A DNA stretch of 64,000 bases. It comes from Tubulanus polymorphus. Taxonomy: Eukaryota > Animalia > Nemertea. The DNA is taken from assembly GCF_964204645.1 (NCBI RefSeq), contig NC_134029.1, positions 7,528,850 through 7,592,849 on the forward strand, read 5' to 3'. Positions 11,601 to 25,700 of this stretch are shown here, one piece after another; positions within the stretch are counted from its first letter, which is position 1; the number at the start of each line of letters is the position of its first letter. The position numbers were made by a program, and so were the translations under genes. The notes beneath the pieces were generated by a model. That model was not told the DNA's origin. It searched no databases and was given only the letters and a program-made list of their open reading frames with translations.

Positions 11601-13958
11601 TATTGACATCCATTCTGGTAGGGGCAACAGATATTCTATAAGGGGTGGCTGATTTTCCAAGGGGTGGATGTGAAAATTAAAAGGGTGGCTGTCCCTTTAA
11701 AACCTGTTATCAGTGTTCTCCAAGAACGCTAAGTATTCTAAGCCTTGCGAAACCAAATATGCACCAGTGATATATAATACAATAGCTTAACAATAAAAAT
11801 ATCCCGTTGCGAAAATTTCAATTTAGGTCGAGTGTCCTTTACCTATCGCACATATAAATCGCCTGCAGTACGCTGTTTGCGTAACACGTATTGCCGAGAT
11901 TCACGAGCCCAGTTTTTCCGGTTTCCGATTTCTGTTCGACTGTCACTGAAATACTGTTATCACGGGTTCGCGCTGTCCAGTGCGATAACGTCAAATTCTC
12001 TTTGATCTTAGTTAACGCAGGCTTGGGATGGTCCTAAAGACAATGAGATGTAAAGTTCGTGATCCAGTTTAGGATAAAGACGCTTTCGAAGAAGTAAATG
12101 GTAGATTTTTTTCAAAGTTTCGGGCCATACTCAAAACATTCTCAGCACATGTACAACCTGATTTCTGAAAAGTTTGTTTATTGTGTGATTAGCTCAAAAA
12201 TAAAAATTCGAGACTTACCTTGATACCTTCGACAACGGGATCGTAAAGTTCCGGAAATCCAGGATGTAGATGAATCAATGTATGAGTTAGTTCTACTAGT
12301 TGCAGTAAGCATTCTTTACCCGCTTCATCGCTGTTATCTAGAAGTTTCACAACTTCAGGGATATCGACTACGATCTATTGGTGCGCAATTAAAATATGTA
12401 GAATTCTAAATTTCGTGTTATGTAAAATGGCAGAATGTGATATGTCACGTATGCCTACCTTATGAAAAGCTTTCGGACAATGTTGGAAGCTGAGTAATAT
12501 GTGATTTAGGACAGCCATAGCGCCAACGCGAACTCCGGGGAATCGGAGCAATGAAAATACCTGAAACAAGAGAGAAAATTGATTAGAGATACAGGGTTCC
12601 TACAGATCAGTCATTCCTGGATACAAGGAGTTTTAAAGGAGAAAATTTCGAATTTTCAGACTTTCATATCCCAATCACTGTAGACTAAATCGGTACTGTT
12701 TATCTCAGTAAAACCGTTACTTTGATGGCGTAAGCAAATTTGTATTCCTTACGTTAATTAAACTCAGTTTCTAATTTTGATCTAGTTCCACAGTTGTGAG
12801 TTAAAGAGATAACTCATGATTTAAAATAAGTTCATTTTCAACGATTTAACTATGATTCAGAACTGAGGAACTGGGCTCAGTTTTATAGACTGGTATCAAC
12901 TTCAAGCCAGGGGTTAACTCAATTGAAAATGAATTGAGTTAGCCCCCGGGTTAAAGTTGATACCAGGCTATAAAGCTGGCCCCTGGAGCCTTTATTTAGA
13001 CAAAAGTAAGGAACAGAAAACTCGGGTTAAGTACCTGTTCGACTTTGACCAGAGTGACATCCATTAAAATACGAAATCTCTTAATACTAGCTAGGCCTTT
13101 CATGTACGCCAATAACCACAAATGTACGTTCGTCGCCGTTAACCACCGCAACCAGTCCATCATACGCAGCAACGCCACTTTCAAATTCAAATCTTTCTTA
13201 TCGCCTTGGTTCAGAACGGCTTTGATCGAATCGCCGATCATCGAAACGGGAATATTTTGCACGACGGACGCCAACGCGACCGACGGGTCGTCCTCGTCGG
13301 TCGAAATGATCTTGAAGATCACCTGCAACGACTGCAACAACGCCTCGAATCCGGTCCGATTCCAGACGAAGCCGAGAAACTTCGAGATGTCGTCGACTGA
13401 CACGAAAAACTGGCCCGGATCGCCGTCGGTGACCGCGCTCAACTCGCTCAGATTGCGTATGACGGCGATGCAGAAGCGGCCGGCGAAATCGCCCTTCGGT
13501 ATACACTGCGGATACTCCTTCAACAACTCGCAGAACCGATGCAACGTCTCGAGGCAACGATTCTCGCGGATGTACCCGATCGACTTCGCTTCGACGATCG
13601 TCTCTAGCCGGCCGGTCGGTCGCTCCGACTCGGCGAGCAGTTTCAAACTCTCCGACAGCACGTGTATCGCGCCGACGCCGTTTTTGTTTTTCTCGTCGAG
13701 CAACTTGATCAACGTTCCGTTCGAGAAGTATTCCTCGAACGTCTTCATGTTGTTTTTCGCCCAGTTCAGGTAAACGCGATGCGTGCTATCCGACAGGCTG
13801 CCGCTCGTTACAATGTGTTCGACACACGCGTCCAACGTTCCTTTGATTATGTCGTCCGTCTGCGGCAACGACGCAGCCTTCTCGATTTTCTCGATGAATA
13901 TTTTCTTCACCGTCACCGGTTTGTCGGATAGTAGAATTCCAGTCAGAATTTTATCCAT
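8664..13958 (-). CDS. USP38: Ubiquitin-specific protease, USP35/USP38 family, about 902 aa, 7 coding exons
   Basis: Exons 13958-13035, 12560-12459, 12374-12219, 12033-11843, 11361-11268, 10629-9556, 8831-8664, all GT-AG and in phase. N-terminus MDKILTGILLS, Cys box GKTGLVNLGNTCYANSVLQA, QQDCSEYL, His box HSGTSSESGHYYCY, WYLFNDSRVS, C-terminal DD..GPPGNCGGTGFGG..RFVC*. Probably co-orthologous to vertebrate USP35 and USP38. Confidence 0.93.
9106..9365. repeat. Long near-perfect inverted repeat (foldback) centred on a short palindromic MITE, in the last USP38 intron
   Basis: GGCTGAAAAATCCTATACC...CTAGGGGCTGATTTTATAGACTGGTATT pairs with AATACCAGTCTATAAAATCAGCCCCTAG...GGTATAGGATTTTTCAGCC; about 80 bp with roughly 2 mismatches plus looser outer arms. 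Confidence 0.9.
11408..11730. mobile_element. hAT-like non-autonomous element; second copy at 24819-25141
   Basis: TATGCTGGAATTTAAAAGGGACTGTATTCAT...GCTGCTGAAGTAGC...CATTCTGGTAGGGGCAACAGATATT is collinear with 24838-25125. Confidence 0.7.
12782..12983. mobile_element. Two abutting short palindromic MITEs
   Basis: AGTTCCACAGTTGTGAGTT...AACTGAGGAACT (family of 1094 and 39354), then CAGTTTTATAGACTGGTATCAACTT...AAGTTGATACCAGGCTATAAAGCTG (family of 9190 and 3470). Confidence 0.7.
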
Positions 13959-14845
13959 TTTGAGCTGAAACGACGAAAAAGATTTGAAAAAATCAAAATT
14001 GGTCGATTCATCAGGCCCTGTTAGGAAATTGAATCTGATTCAGCTTAGCTTAATCCGATATGATGGTGCAAACCGACGAGGATTAGTTACTCTGATGATT
14101 AGAAATCGCACAGATACAATTAAGGTGTACCTTTATTGTTTAAAACTTAACATCAAAGATGTCCATAATTGAACAGCTGAATAATGGTGACTACTAATCA
14201 CCTAATTAAGAAGACTTGAGCCAGTTGCTGTATACACTTACATCGTATAGACATTTATGTCACTTGACAAATCATACCAGCACAAACCACACTTTGAAAA
14301 TGAGAATGACCACAAAAATAAACTAGAACATTTTTGGATGACCAAGGTCCTGAGTTGTCCAGGAAAAACCCTTAAACAACCCGAATTTCCAGGAATTCCA
14401 GGTCCTGAAAATGATTTTTCTCAAATTCCAGGAAATCCAGGAGGTGTACGAATCCTGTAATCATTTTTTCGTAAACGAGTCAATTTATCAGTTTAGTGTC
14501 GTCATTCTAAAAGAAAATTGGTGTAGTGGACGCGGTAACCAAATCATTGACAAATGATGGTCTGCGATGTATTTATTCCTCTTTGGTTGGATTGAGCGTA
14601 CAAAGTCATATCACTAGTAAGTGTCATATAAAATAAAAGTTTTAGATTGAAAAACGAAGTTTGTTAGTAGTGTTTTGTGATGTGGCCGTGTGTGGAGTCA
14701 GCAGACATTATCTTTTTTAAACGTAGCCTAATTAGTAGCGAGACGATTTTTCACGGATTTATTGCAGAATAACCACTCATAACCCAGATACACTATCATT
14801 AACCCCAGGAACCGAATTCCAAGCCAATCGGCGAGTGCCTGTGAC

Positions 14846-15286
14846 CGGTCATCCTTATTACCGAGATGATGTATTTTACCGAGATGAACCGAGATCAGCC
14901 GAGATGAAATTAAATATAACATATTTATTTATTCCATATCGATTTTAACCATTGAAATCATATCATATCAGTAATAAATGCCTGCTGGGTTCATATTTTA
15001 CATATTTTGTCGGATATTTTTTGGAAAAATAACTTTTAACTTTACCGAGATGAGATCGTCGATCAATCAAATTCAATGAAATTTTATTGCTAACCGAGTT
15101 TACGTTTTTGAAGTCAAAATTTTTTTAAATAAAAAAATATGTAAAATATGACTCTAGGAGGTATTTATTATTGATATAACATGATTTCAAGTGTTAAAAT
15201 CGATAAGGAATAAATAAATATGTTATATTTAATTTCATCTCGGTTCATCTCGGTAAAATACATCATCTCGGTAATAAGGATGACCC
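14846..15286. mobile_element. Foldback MITE with about 160-bp TIRs and an 8-bp target-site duplication
   Basis: GGTCATCCTTATTACCGAGATGATGTATTTTACCGAGATGAACCGAGAT ... ATCTCGGTTCATCTCGGTAAAATACATCATCTCGGTAATAAGGATGACC; CCTGTGAC at 14838-14845 and 15287-15294. Confidence 0.9.
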
Positions 15287-15642
15287 CCTGTGACTGTGTG
15301 GATCACCGAGCAAGTTTAGTTGATTTCATAAATCGGTTAACTAAACTGTGTCCAAGTTGATTTACTGGATTACTGACGCAAATCAGATCACTATACCAAA
15401 AAGTGCTGTAAAACTGTAACTTGAATCGATTTACAAAGATCCAGCTTCGTAAAAAACGCCTATTGCACTAATAATTCATCTAAATCAAAATTAGGTCAGG
15501 TCATAACGCCGCGTACTCGAGAAACTGAATTGACAGGGGAACTTTCGCCGACTGGAGATCGACGCTAAGTTACGCCATGTTGAGCGGACAACCCGAAATT
15601 ACGGATACCATAGCGGGCGCGACTCTAAATACGTTTACTTAC

Positions 15643-16247
15643 GCTACTTTCGCTCGTTTCAAAGCGTTACCATCCGGCGAAATGCTGTTAATTAATCCGA
15701 CTAAACGGCACCAACCGAACTGCATGGAAAAATTAAGAGTAAGGTCACCGAGTCGCAGTAGACTTGAACCGCCGCACCACGCCCACTCGCCATCAATTCA
15801 CCCGCTGAAACGTCGATTCCCATTGAAAAGCAAACATTCCTTGTGCGTTTCATAATCTCCATGAAATAGTATAAATATTCGGGTATAGCCACATTATAAA
15901 AAGAAAGAACAACAATACCAAGTTTTATTCATAGCCTACACGATTTATTTAGATTTCGCCCTTTCGCGTCCCACCTTTTGGACTATGACGCCATCTATAG
16001 CTTTCGCAGAAAACTAGCAAATTTACCGTCCCCATTCATTATTTCGTAGGTGTCAGTCAGGGCTTCATATCGGCCAATGAGCGTCGGTCTGACGTCATGT
16101 CGCCGCCCACAAACACAACCCGAGCACTCTTTGTAGGGGTAGACGTGCCGAAGCTGTAGAGAAGGCATTTGGCAGCGGTTAATGCTTGTAATTCGAGCGT
16201 TTATCGGCGTCCAGAATCCCGCTGCAGGATGCGGTTGCATCGATAAG
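15643..16247. promoter_or_regulatory. Putative bidirectional promoter with non-coding first exons of USP38 (-) and ANKRD50 (+)
   Basis: Minus-strand donor C|GTAAGT at 15642 (acceptor TTTCAG just 5' of the USP38 ATG). Plus-strand donor AAG|GTAAGC at 16248 (acceptor TTTTTCAG ending 16702). CCAAT at 16074, CRE TGACGTCA at 16090-16097. Confidence 0.6.
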
Positions 16248-16750
16248 GTAAGCATGTACTCAATTATATGATAGTCTTCCGTCGATATTTGAATTTGACA
16301 GGATGCGTTAGTTAGTGGTATTTAGATGATTTTTTCACTGTCTCTTCTTGCTTCTTTGCTCCCGTGTGTAGTGTACTGTGTAGCTTGTAGGCAGAATGTT
16401 TAAGGTCTATGTGGCACTAAATTCTGAAAATTACCATTCAATGTCAAGGTCATTAATGGGGCAATGGCTGCTGATGTTGTTGGTTGGTAGTGTCCACTTA
16501 ATCAATGGGTATTGGGTAGTGTTCCACTTCCAGCTGAAAAAGGCGGACAAACGGCATGAAATGGAATGTCAGTTATCTCCTGTTGACAAGCTACAAAAAC
16601 CGAAGTTTGCCCGTGCTGTATCGTAGTAGGCCTAATTAGGCCAGGAAGCACCCCGGGTTTCCTTCCCAAATGTCAATTTGTTTTTTTTTTCAAATTTTTC
16701 AGCATTTCCCCGATATAAAACGGAACCGTTAATCAACCGACCGATTCAAA

Positions 16751-19700
16751 ATGACCGAAAGCCTGCTAATGGGAAAACGCTTCTTCTGTCGCGAGTGGGC
16801 GTTTAGTAAAATAAACCATTGTTTAGAAAATCGCCACACCGCCAAAACATGCGGCGCGTTGATCATGGGCGGACCGGGCTGCGGAAAGACCGCCCTCTGT
16901 TGCGAATTAGTATCGCCGACGACGACGCAAAGTCGACAAAATTCGCTGCGAAAACGATTGTTGGCGTACCACTTTTGTCAGGCACACGACATCGAAACAT
17001 TGTCGATCTGTAATTTCATTCACGGGATCGTCGACCAGCTGAAATTGTCGTCGCTGATCGACGGCTACGCGGAGAAACTCGACGATCCGCTCGTGCAGGC
17101 GGCGTTGGAGCCCCGCGAATGCGAACTGAATCCGGACGAGGCGTTCAAAAAAGCCGTTCTGTTGCCGTTGATGTCGATTTCGCCGCCGCCGCAAACTCTA
17201 TTCGCACTCGTCGACTCGATCGACGAGTCGTACTTACAGTCCTTCAACGAACGTAAAACGGGCAGTCGCACGATCGCCGAACTGCTCGCCAATCATCACC
17301 CGTTGTTTCCGCAGTGGTTGCTGATCGTTTGTTCGGCGCGAAAACAGAGTAAATCCGTCACGCGTCTGTTCACCGGATTTCGCAAGATCAGCCTCGACGA
17401 TTTGCGCAAGTCGCACGTCGTCAAAGACGTGCAGCAGTACATTCTTTGTCGGCTCGACCAAGAGGAAGAGCTGCGACAGCACCTGAGCCGCGACACGGCC
17501 GAAATGCTGAACCAGCTTCACATCAAAAGCAACGGCTGCTTCTTGTATTTGGAAAAGGTGCTGGACGGCGTCGCCAACAATTTCATCATGCTGCGCGAGA
17601 TCAAAGAAATCCCCGGAACGTTGAACGGACTGTATTTGTGGTTGTGTCAGCGTTTGTTCATTCGCAAACAATTCGCGAAGATCCACTCGATGTTGAACGC
17701 CGTGCTGGCCGCGCGTCGGCCGCTCGCGATCGACGAACTGTACCGCGTCGCGTGGACGCGCAACGCGCTGTTGACGCGCGACGAATTTCGCAAACGGCTG
17801 ACGTTGATGTCGAAGATTCTGATCGACGGGCCGAACGACACGAAGATCCTGTTCCACCACAGTTTCGCTGAGTGGCTTCTAGACGTTAAGCACTGCACGC
17901 AGAAGTACCTATGCAACGCGGCCGAAGGTCACGGTATGTTGGCGATGGCTTTAACACTGTCGGGTAGTCGCCTAAAACCACACGAGGTGCAAGACTTGGC
18001 TCTGCATCTGTCGAAGAGCATCCTCCAGCCGCCGATCTATAGTTACCACTACGCGTACTGGATGATACTTGCCGGTGTCAACGTCGAGGACAGTTTGAGT
18101 TTAACGATGCCCCGCGAGCAACGTATTCGTAAGCTTCTGCTCGACGCCGGAGCGCGTCCTCCGACGGAGGACAGCGCCCAGTCGAATACGACGTCCGGCG
18201 CCGACAAGGAAGACCCATTACTCGGATTACTCGACGACGAAGGCGAGATCGACGCCGTCGACGGAAATGGACGGACATTGTTGGCGAACGCGGCGTATCA
18301 AGGAAATAGCGAGTTGGTCGTTTTGCTGCTCGCTCGCGGCGCCGATACAGAGGTGACCGATAAATCCGGGCAGACCGCTTTGAATCTGGCCGCTCGACAA
18401 GGACACGTGGAAATAGTTTCGAAATTGTTAAAAAGCGGGGCGTGCGTCGACCATACAGACGCGGACGGCTGGACGGCGTTGAGATCGGCGGCCTGGGGCG
18501 GACATACGGAAGTTGTCGGATTGTTATTAGAAGCCGGCGCCGAGGTGGACCACGCCGATAGCGACCAGCGAACGGCGTTGAGAGCCGCCGCGTGGGGCGG
18601 ACACGACGAAATCGTCAGAAAGTTACTAACGCATGGGGCGGACGTGAATAAAATCGACAACGAAGGTCGCACGGCTTTAATCGCCGCTGCGTACATGGGC
18701 CATTCGGAAATCGTCGATCACCTGTTGGCGCACGGAGCGAATATAAACCACCAGGACTGCGATGGTCGCACTGCCCTATCGGTCGCCGCGTTGTGCATAC
18801 CCGCTAGTCAAGGTCACTCGGGCGTCGTCAGTCTGTTGTTGGATCGCGGAGCCGAGGTCGACCACCGCGATAAGGACGGCATGACCCCGTTGTTGGTCGC
18901 CGCGTACGAAGGTCACCAGGAAGTGTGCGAGTTGTTGTTGGAGAACGACGCCGACGCCGATCACTGCGATAACCAGGGTCGTACGCCGCTGTTGGCGGCC
19001 GCGTCGATGGGCCATGCGTCCGTCGTTAACTTGCTGTTGATTTGGGGCGCGGCTATCGACACGATCGATTCCGAGGGACGTACCGTTCTGTGCATCGCCG
19101 CCGCGCAGGGTAACGTCGACGTAGTGCGCCACCTATTAGACCGTGGATTAGACGAAATGCACAGAGATAACGGCGGCCTGACGCCTTTGCATTTAGCCGC
19201 ATTCGAAGGGCATAGGGAGGTGAGTTTACATTTACATCTTCTTACTACAGGGTACCTACGACTCTTTGATTCCTTAAAAACTCCTTCAAAACGGAAAGGG
19301 CCTTTAGGGCTTTGAAACTCCTTTAATTTGAACAAAATGTCAGAAATTCAGAAAATAGGCAATTAGAAATGTTTGTCTAGTTTCTGGTTGTGCAGTCAGT
19401 AGACCCCTAAATAAATGCAGTTGGGGGCCTGAATATTTTTTTTACTAAGCGGTTACCAAATTAGAAACCAGGGTAAGGTAGTGTATAGGATAAGAATTTG
19501 CTTACAAAACCACCGAGAGATAAACAGTAGCGATTAAGGAGTTTATAACGTAATTGGAATATGAAAGTGATGTAGACGCTTCCTTGAAATTTTCTCCTTT
19601 AGAGCTCGTTGAAAACTCGTTTTATCCAGGATCAACTGACATCCTAACGGGACCCTGATCTACGTTTTAGACGGGATCGGAAAATTCCTGAATGCTGACA

Positions 19701-22700
19701 TTCAATAAGCTAGGTAGTAATGATGGAGAGGCATCACTTGAACCAAGTGCAGCGCATGGTAATGCAACCCGTATAGTACTGTACTTCTTGTATTTATACT
19801 TGGGATTTTGAGCTGGTGTTATGTAAATCTGTTGATCTGGAACAGTTTCCGATTCGAGCTGCCGTGTTGAAATAGCTGCAATAACACGGGCAATTAATCA
19901 GTTGAATCATGGACTCTAAAATTCGTTTTAGAGTCCATGGTTGAATATATACTCTCTGAACATTCGTTTTCGCAGAAACATTCGTTAATTCTTCCGGCTA
20001 TGGGTTAACTCATAACTGAGTTTTGTTGTTTTCGCGACAAAAGCAAAAGCGAGAAATTCCCTACATGGATTAAAGCGATTATTCAGGTCAATGAAGATAG
20101 TTTACGGTGGTGGAGAAGAATTTCTGTCGTATTTTACCTGTAGGCAATTGATACCGGGGTCACCGGGTTACCACTACATGGTTTCGGATTTATTTTTGTG
20201 CCATTTTTCATTCGGCCTCTAGTTGTAGTAGTAAAGTCGTCGACATATTTGTCCCAGTGAATTGCCTCATGACCTCTAGGGGTAAAGTCTTCAACATATT
20301 TGTCCCAATGATTTGCCTCGTGGCCTCTAGTAGTAAAAGTCTTTGAAATATTTTGTCCCAGTGAACTGCCTCGTGGTCCCTAGTAGTAGTAGTAAAGTCT
20401 TCAACATATTTGTCCCGGTGAATGGCCTCGTTTGCATTAACAACCAAGGTCAAAGATAATTAGGTTCTGCGCACGACATTAATTACGATGGTTACTACAC
20501 CAGTGGTTTCCAGTATATATCCGGCGGGAATATTTATCATTTCTCCCTCGGTTTGCGAATATCGATTCGCGTTCTCAAAATTCCCATTTTCAACGTGATC
20601 GAGAAAGTTGCCATATATAAATACTGTCGAATTAATTGCCGACTAAGCCGACAAGGATGTCATTTTGTTAGGTTGTTGCACGCGTGCGCTGCCGAACGCG
20701 GCGTAGTCAGTCAGTCCAGTCTTATGAATAATTCCGCGCAGATTATTATTCGTTATCGTCGTTGCAGTCGTTTCAGTATCGGCGGATTGATGATGTTTTC
20801 GGTCTAATCCTTCGACGATCGTTCATTACGTCTGCACGACTGACCGGACGAGACCGGTTTCTTTTCGCGTGCGGCTACGACATCTCTAGCAGTAGACGGA
20901 TCGTTATCGTCTGGAGAGAAAAAAAAAACTTCTGTCTTTCGTGAAATTCATGTGCGAGAAACTTACGCATGCATCGTTTGTGTAAATGCCTGTGAGCGGT
21001 TTCATTTCTGAACATCTTTCTAGAAATGTTTTTTTTAATCTTAAAATTGGCATTGTCCCTGTTATTCATTTGATTAGTAAGATTTCGATTGATTTGTTTT
21101 GATTTGGTGTCGCTTACAAACCTACCACACCTGCCGGGAGCGAAATAGGGGTTTTGATTTTGAAATCGAAAATCAAAGAGTACAGATATATATAGTTGTG
21201 TGATCAGCAGTTGAATTTTACATAATTTAATGTTTAAATCAAAGTACTTTATTGGAAATTTCAGTTCCGGTTCATATGTCTTGCAACTAGCCTGTACCGG
21301 TAAGCAACAAAATGGGTAACCTCAAGTTACTGTGGCAATAGAGCGATGTTTATGTTGATATTTCTTCCCTGATGACTTCTGCATCTTATTTCATTAAAAT
21401 TCAAATTTTTTATAAATAATTTCCCGTTATATAATATGTGCCTATGAAGAAAAGTTGAGCTAAAGCTTAGGTCGAGTTGCATCGAATACGTTAATCTTCG
21501 AAAGAAGAAGAAATCGTATATTTTATTTCGAAATGAACAAATATCACAGCACTCTCCGTTGCGAATGGTGAAAGTACACCACCCAGGCATTCCGTAATCT
21601 AAGCCTATATTAAAAGTTCAGCGTTTCTCACTGAGAGTTCATTTCACACGTATTCAACGCCGAATATTTTTAAAAATGTGAAAATGTTCGTGCCGAGTCC
21701 GGATTTACGTATAAACGGTTGTACATATTTTTGATGAATTATTCATTTCACACCGGGGTCGTTTCTAAAGCCATAAAAAAATTTGTAGCCGTTTAGAATG
21801 CATTCTTCGCACATATTTTATGCGCAATTATCGCCAGTGAAAATACAAAGCAAATAGGTTTACGTTTTATGGGTGTCGTGAAATTAGTAACTATATCTGG
21901 AATTTGTTCATTTTCAAAAACGCACTCTTTCATTCCGTGAAAGACGTTCCCTTTATTCGCGGAATTCTCGTAGTCGCCGCAGAATACAACTTTATCAGGC
22001 GACGCGACTTTGATTCACTCGTGAAACGAATTCTACGACGGCGAAATGCCAACCGCCGATAAAAATCGTCATCGACGTGTGTCTGGTTATCTGTCTGATC
22101 GAAGTGGCTCACTCGAGTTTCGCTCGCGATAAATTTCACGGCTTATTTTACTTAGGGCAAAAATGATAAGACTCCTTCATTTCTATTGATTGATACATGT
22201 CGTCGTTACAGCTATTATTGTAAGCGGAAAATCGGATGTAAAAACACTTGAACTTTATTTCCTGGTGGCCAATCCTGTTGAAATGATAAACCATGAGTGT
22301 TTACTTAGTTTATCCTTTTATTGCAGGTTTTCCATTTTATAGGAAAATTGAATAAAAATCTTGGAATATTTTTAATATTTTCCAGGTATTTTTAAGTTAT
22401 AGGTTTGATTATTTTTAAGGCTGTTTTTATTGTAGAATACATGTTGAATGAGTAAATGCTTTTACTGCCAGTATTATGCCATTTAAGGAATGTTAAAATC
22501 TGGGTTAATTACTAAATTTCCTGAGGCTAGCAGTTCCTGTAAAGATGTAGGATATATTCAAATATTTTTATCAGAAAAAAAAACTTGACTTACACAGTAG
22601 ACCTATCAATTCTAACTTTTCCCATTTGTTGAAATGTATATTTTTATAAACGAACATTGGACGTTTTGTGGAACAATATGGCTTCGTATGGAGACTGGCG

Positions 22701-25700
22701 TAGGTTAAAAAAAAATCGTATGGAGACTGGCGTAGGTTAAAAAAATTGATATTTTTCTAATTGCCTACGTGGCAAATTCTATAATCTATTCTATAATCTA
22801 CATTTGTTTATATCTGATCCTTGTCTCAACATTCACTGTGGCAAATGAAAAAAATTGAAATTCACAGCTTTTGATACTTTTTAACTAGACAATCACAACC
22901 AATTCAACCCTCAGATAAGGCTTCTGCCAACCCTGGAACTGGAATTAAGAAAATTCTCTTTCACCCCTTTGTGGTCATGAAGCCTGACATCTATGCTTGG
23001 CAATTTGTTGCCGATTTTCATCGCAAGTGACAAAATTCGCTACAATATTGCCTAGTACGGCCATTGGCAACCTTTGTCAGTCGACAGCCTAGTAGTCGCC
23101 TGTAGCAAGATCGCTCAGTTTCAAGGTGCTGGACATTTGCCGTCAGTTGCCTAGTGTGCAAGTTGCTTCGAATCACATGACACGAAGCCAATCAGCAACG
23201 ACATGAAAATCATGTACAACCGACAAAATGGTGGGTGGCACTATGTGCAAACCTCTGATTCAGCCGCACAAATTGTTTCGGTGCCGTCGTGGGCAACATA
23301 CAGCAGTTTTTGTTTTAATCGATGTATGTTGCCCACGTACATGATTAAAAAGAAAATTGTCAGTGATTGTCCATTCGCATCTATAAATCATAAAGTGTGT
23401 GACAGCCTTAATGTTCAAAAAGTCCTGGTTTGTTTACGGTTTACTGAATTCGCCAGAAAAATCTGTTTGCTTTAATTTGAAATGAACCGCACGCGAACCG
23501 GGTTCGACTTGATGATCAGTTCTATAAATATAAACTCGGGGAGATGGAATACTCGGAGGTGGATAAATATTTGTCATACGGCTGATGAGCTCCCGCTATA
23601 TCCTGGCGCGATGAAGCCGTCGCCGCCGCTGCGACTGCTGATGTCGGCGAGTCTCGATTGAAACACGGTTGATTAGTCTTTCAGATGACACCCGTATAAC
23701 ATATTAATCTCGTGATATCTCGTGTTTCTGATCTGTAGCCGCGTAGTCAGTCGACTGTGGGTGTGAATCGAATCGATATGGGCCTGCATCTATCTCGCTT
23801 ACTGCGTATATGAAATATACGCATGATTTCAGCGTTGTACCTCTCCTTGATTAATGTAAGGGAATGGCAAACGTATAGCTATGCAACGAGAGGTTGAGGT
23901 GGCATTAAATAGCTCCCATCTGGCAATATAGCACGTTCCGAGTTTTACTGGTCATCTGGTTGAAAGGTGTATACGTTTCAGCAAAAAGACGGAAGTATTT
24001 TTGTTTTTGAAGCAAGTCACTGCTAACTGACATTCGATAAACATCCAAGTCACTCCCCATTTCTTAAGCTCATGGATTCTCGCAATACAAAATTTGGCCT
24101 ACCTTTACAATCTTCTCATGTTCTGATTGAAGGATTTGAGTATCTACAGAAACTGACAAGTTCTAACTTGCCTAACAGACGAACTGGGTCCGATTATATA
24201 TAGTTTATTGCTGCCTGGAAAGATAACAAATATATTGCGTAATATTGTCGACAATGAATAATATACGAGATAAATCATACAGTAGTTAGGGTCAATAAAT
24301 TTATTTGGATTTGAATATATCGATAATTGAATTGAACGGTAACCAGTCTAATCCGATATGTTGATGATGTAGTGCACATCCTCTAAAAATGATTATTAGA
24401 ATTTTTCAAAAATAAGATGAGAGTTATTGAATATGTTCAACAAAATGAACGCCAAAATTCACTATTCTGATTGTTTAATGTTATACTGAAACACCGATAT
24501 TGATGGAGTAGTGCACATTAGTCACCCATAACGACTTATATGATGCGTATCAGGTATTATTGTAATGGTTTTACAGCGTCAAAAAATCAGACCATATTTC
24601 GCCCTATGTCTCTTTCGGATATGGTATTTATCTTGCCATTCCATGGAGGATTCAAACCGGACAAAGTTTCTATGGCAACCAGACAGGTACACGAGGTTAA
24701 TGTTTGTCTCTTCTGGTTGCGGCGGAGGCGTCGTGGCAAATTTTGTTAATCGCGTGAGAACTCGGTCCCTCGAATGCCTTGAATGAATTGAGTAAACTGC
24801 CCGGTTCCTCCTTAAATCCAGTGTTCTCCATAGCCTATGCTGGAAGTTTAAAGGGACTGTATTCATTGTTAAGTGTATGACGTGGTTGCTGCTGAAGTAG
24901 CTAGGCTTTCGATCCCCTAGAATATACAGAAAATTTAAGCTTGATTCTGTTTTGATCTATTTTTCACATTAGCTCAATATAGGCCTATTTCAAAGCAGTT
25001 ATCAACAATGATAGAATATTGAGATCCATTCCGGTAGTAGGGGCAGCAGATATTTTATAAGGAGTGGCTGATTTTCAGAGATGAGGATGTAAAATGAAAG
25101 GCCTGGCCACCCCCTCCGAAACTTGTTGTGCAGGAACACTATAATCATGTTTCAATTCGGTTGAATAAATTCTATCAGATTTCAATAAATTCTATCGGAT
25201 AGAAAACATTGTATGCACTTTTTCATTCATTCAAGACTATTAGTGCCGCCATCTGGTGATGTGATATAGGAATGCGGGCTACATCGCTACGCATTAAATT
25301 GTCAATTACCTTTACACCTTTCGGGGCATCGGCGTGTGATGTTGCACGTTACTCTTCGATGTTCCGATAACAACTTCGACTGAATTGCCCAAATTACGCT
25401 TTCATCTATTTCGCGCGAGGATCAAAAATACTCCGCACGACTTTCATCTCTCTGACTCTGAGTAGTCAATTTGAAGACGTAGATTTTTAAAAAATCGAGC
25501 GTTTATGTTGTTGTTGTATCATCAGCGCCTTTGTATCATCTTGGCAAAATGCGCGAAGCGAATCTACATTGATATGTATAACAATTGTTTCTGATCTCGG
25601 AACAGGTAACAGAATAATAGTCTGTAAGCTTTATGCGAAAACATCAAAAGTATGCGCCCAGAAAAAAAAGACATGAAAAATCTGCTTACGCGTTTGAATA

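Noticed and set aside
19220-19315. C-terminus VSLHLHLL...GPLGL of the 854-aa ORF as a true protein end
   Set aside because: It reads through the GTGAGT donor into intron and a MITE; the ankyrin repeat continues at 39538.
13045-19335. Long antisense and alternative-frame ORFs overlapping USP38 and ANKRD50 exons (e.g. 242 aa at 13045-13773, 208 aa at 17234-17860)
   Set aside because: Shadow ORFs expected from GC-rich biased codon usage; no recognisable domains.
23364-23407. TGATTGTCCATTCGCAT resembles the 5' part of miR-219
   Set aside because: The 3' end diverges from miR-219, the hand-folded hairpin is weak with many mismatches, and the sequence sits in the terminal region of a Harbinger-like MITE.
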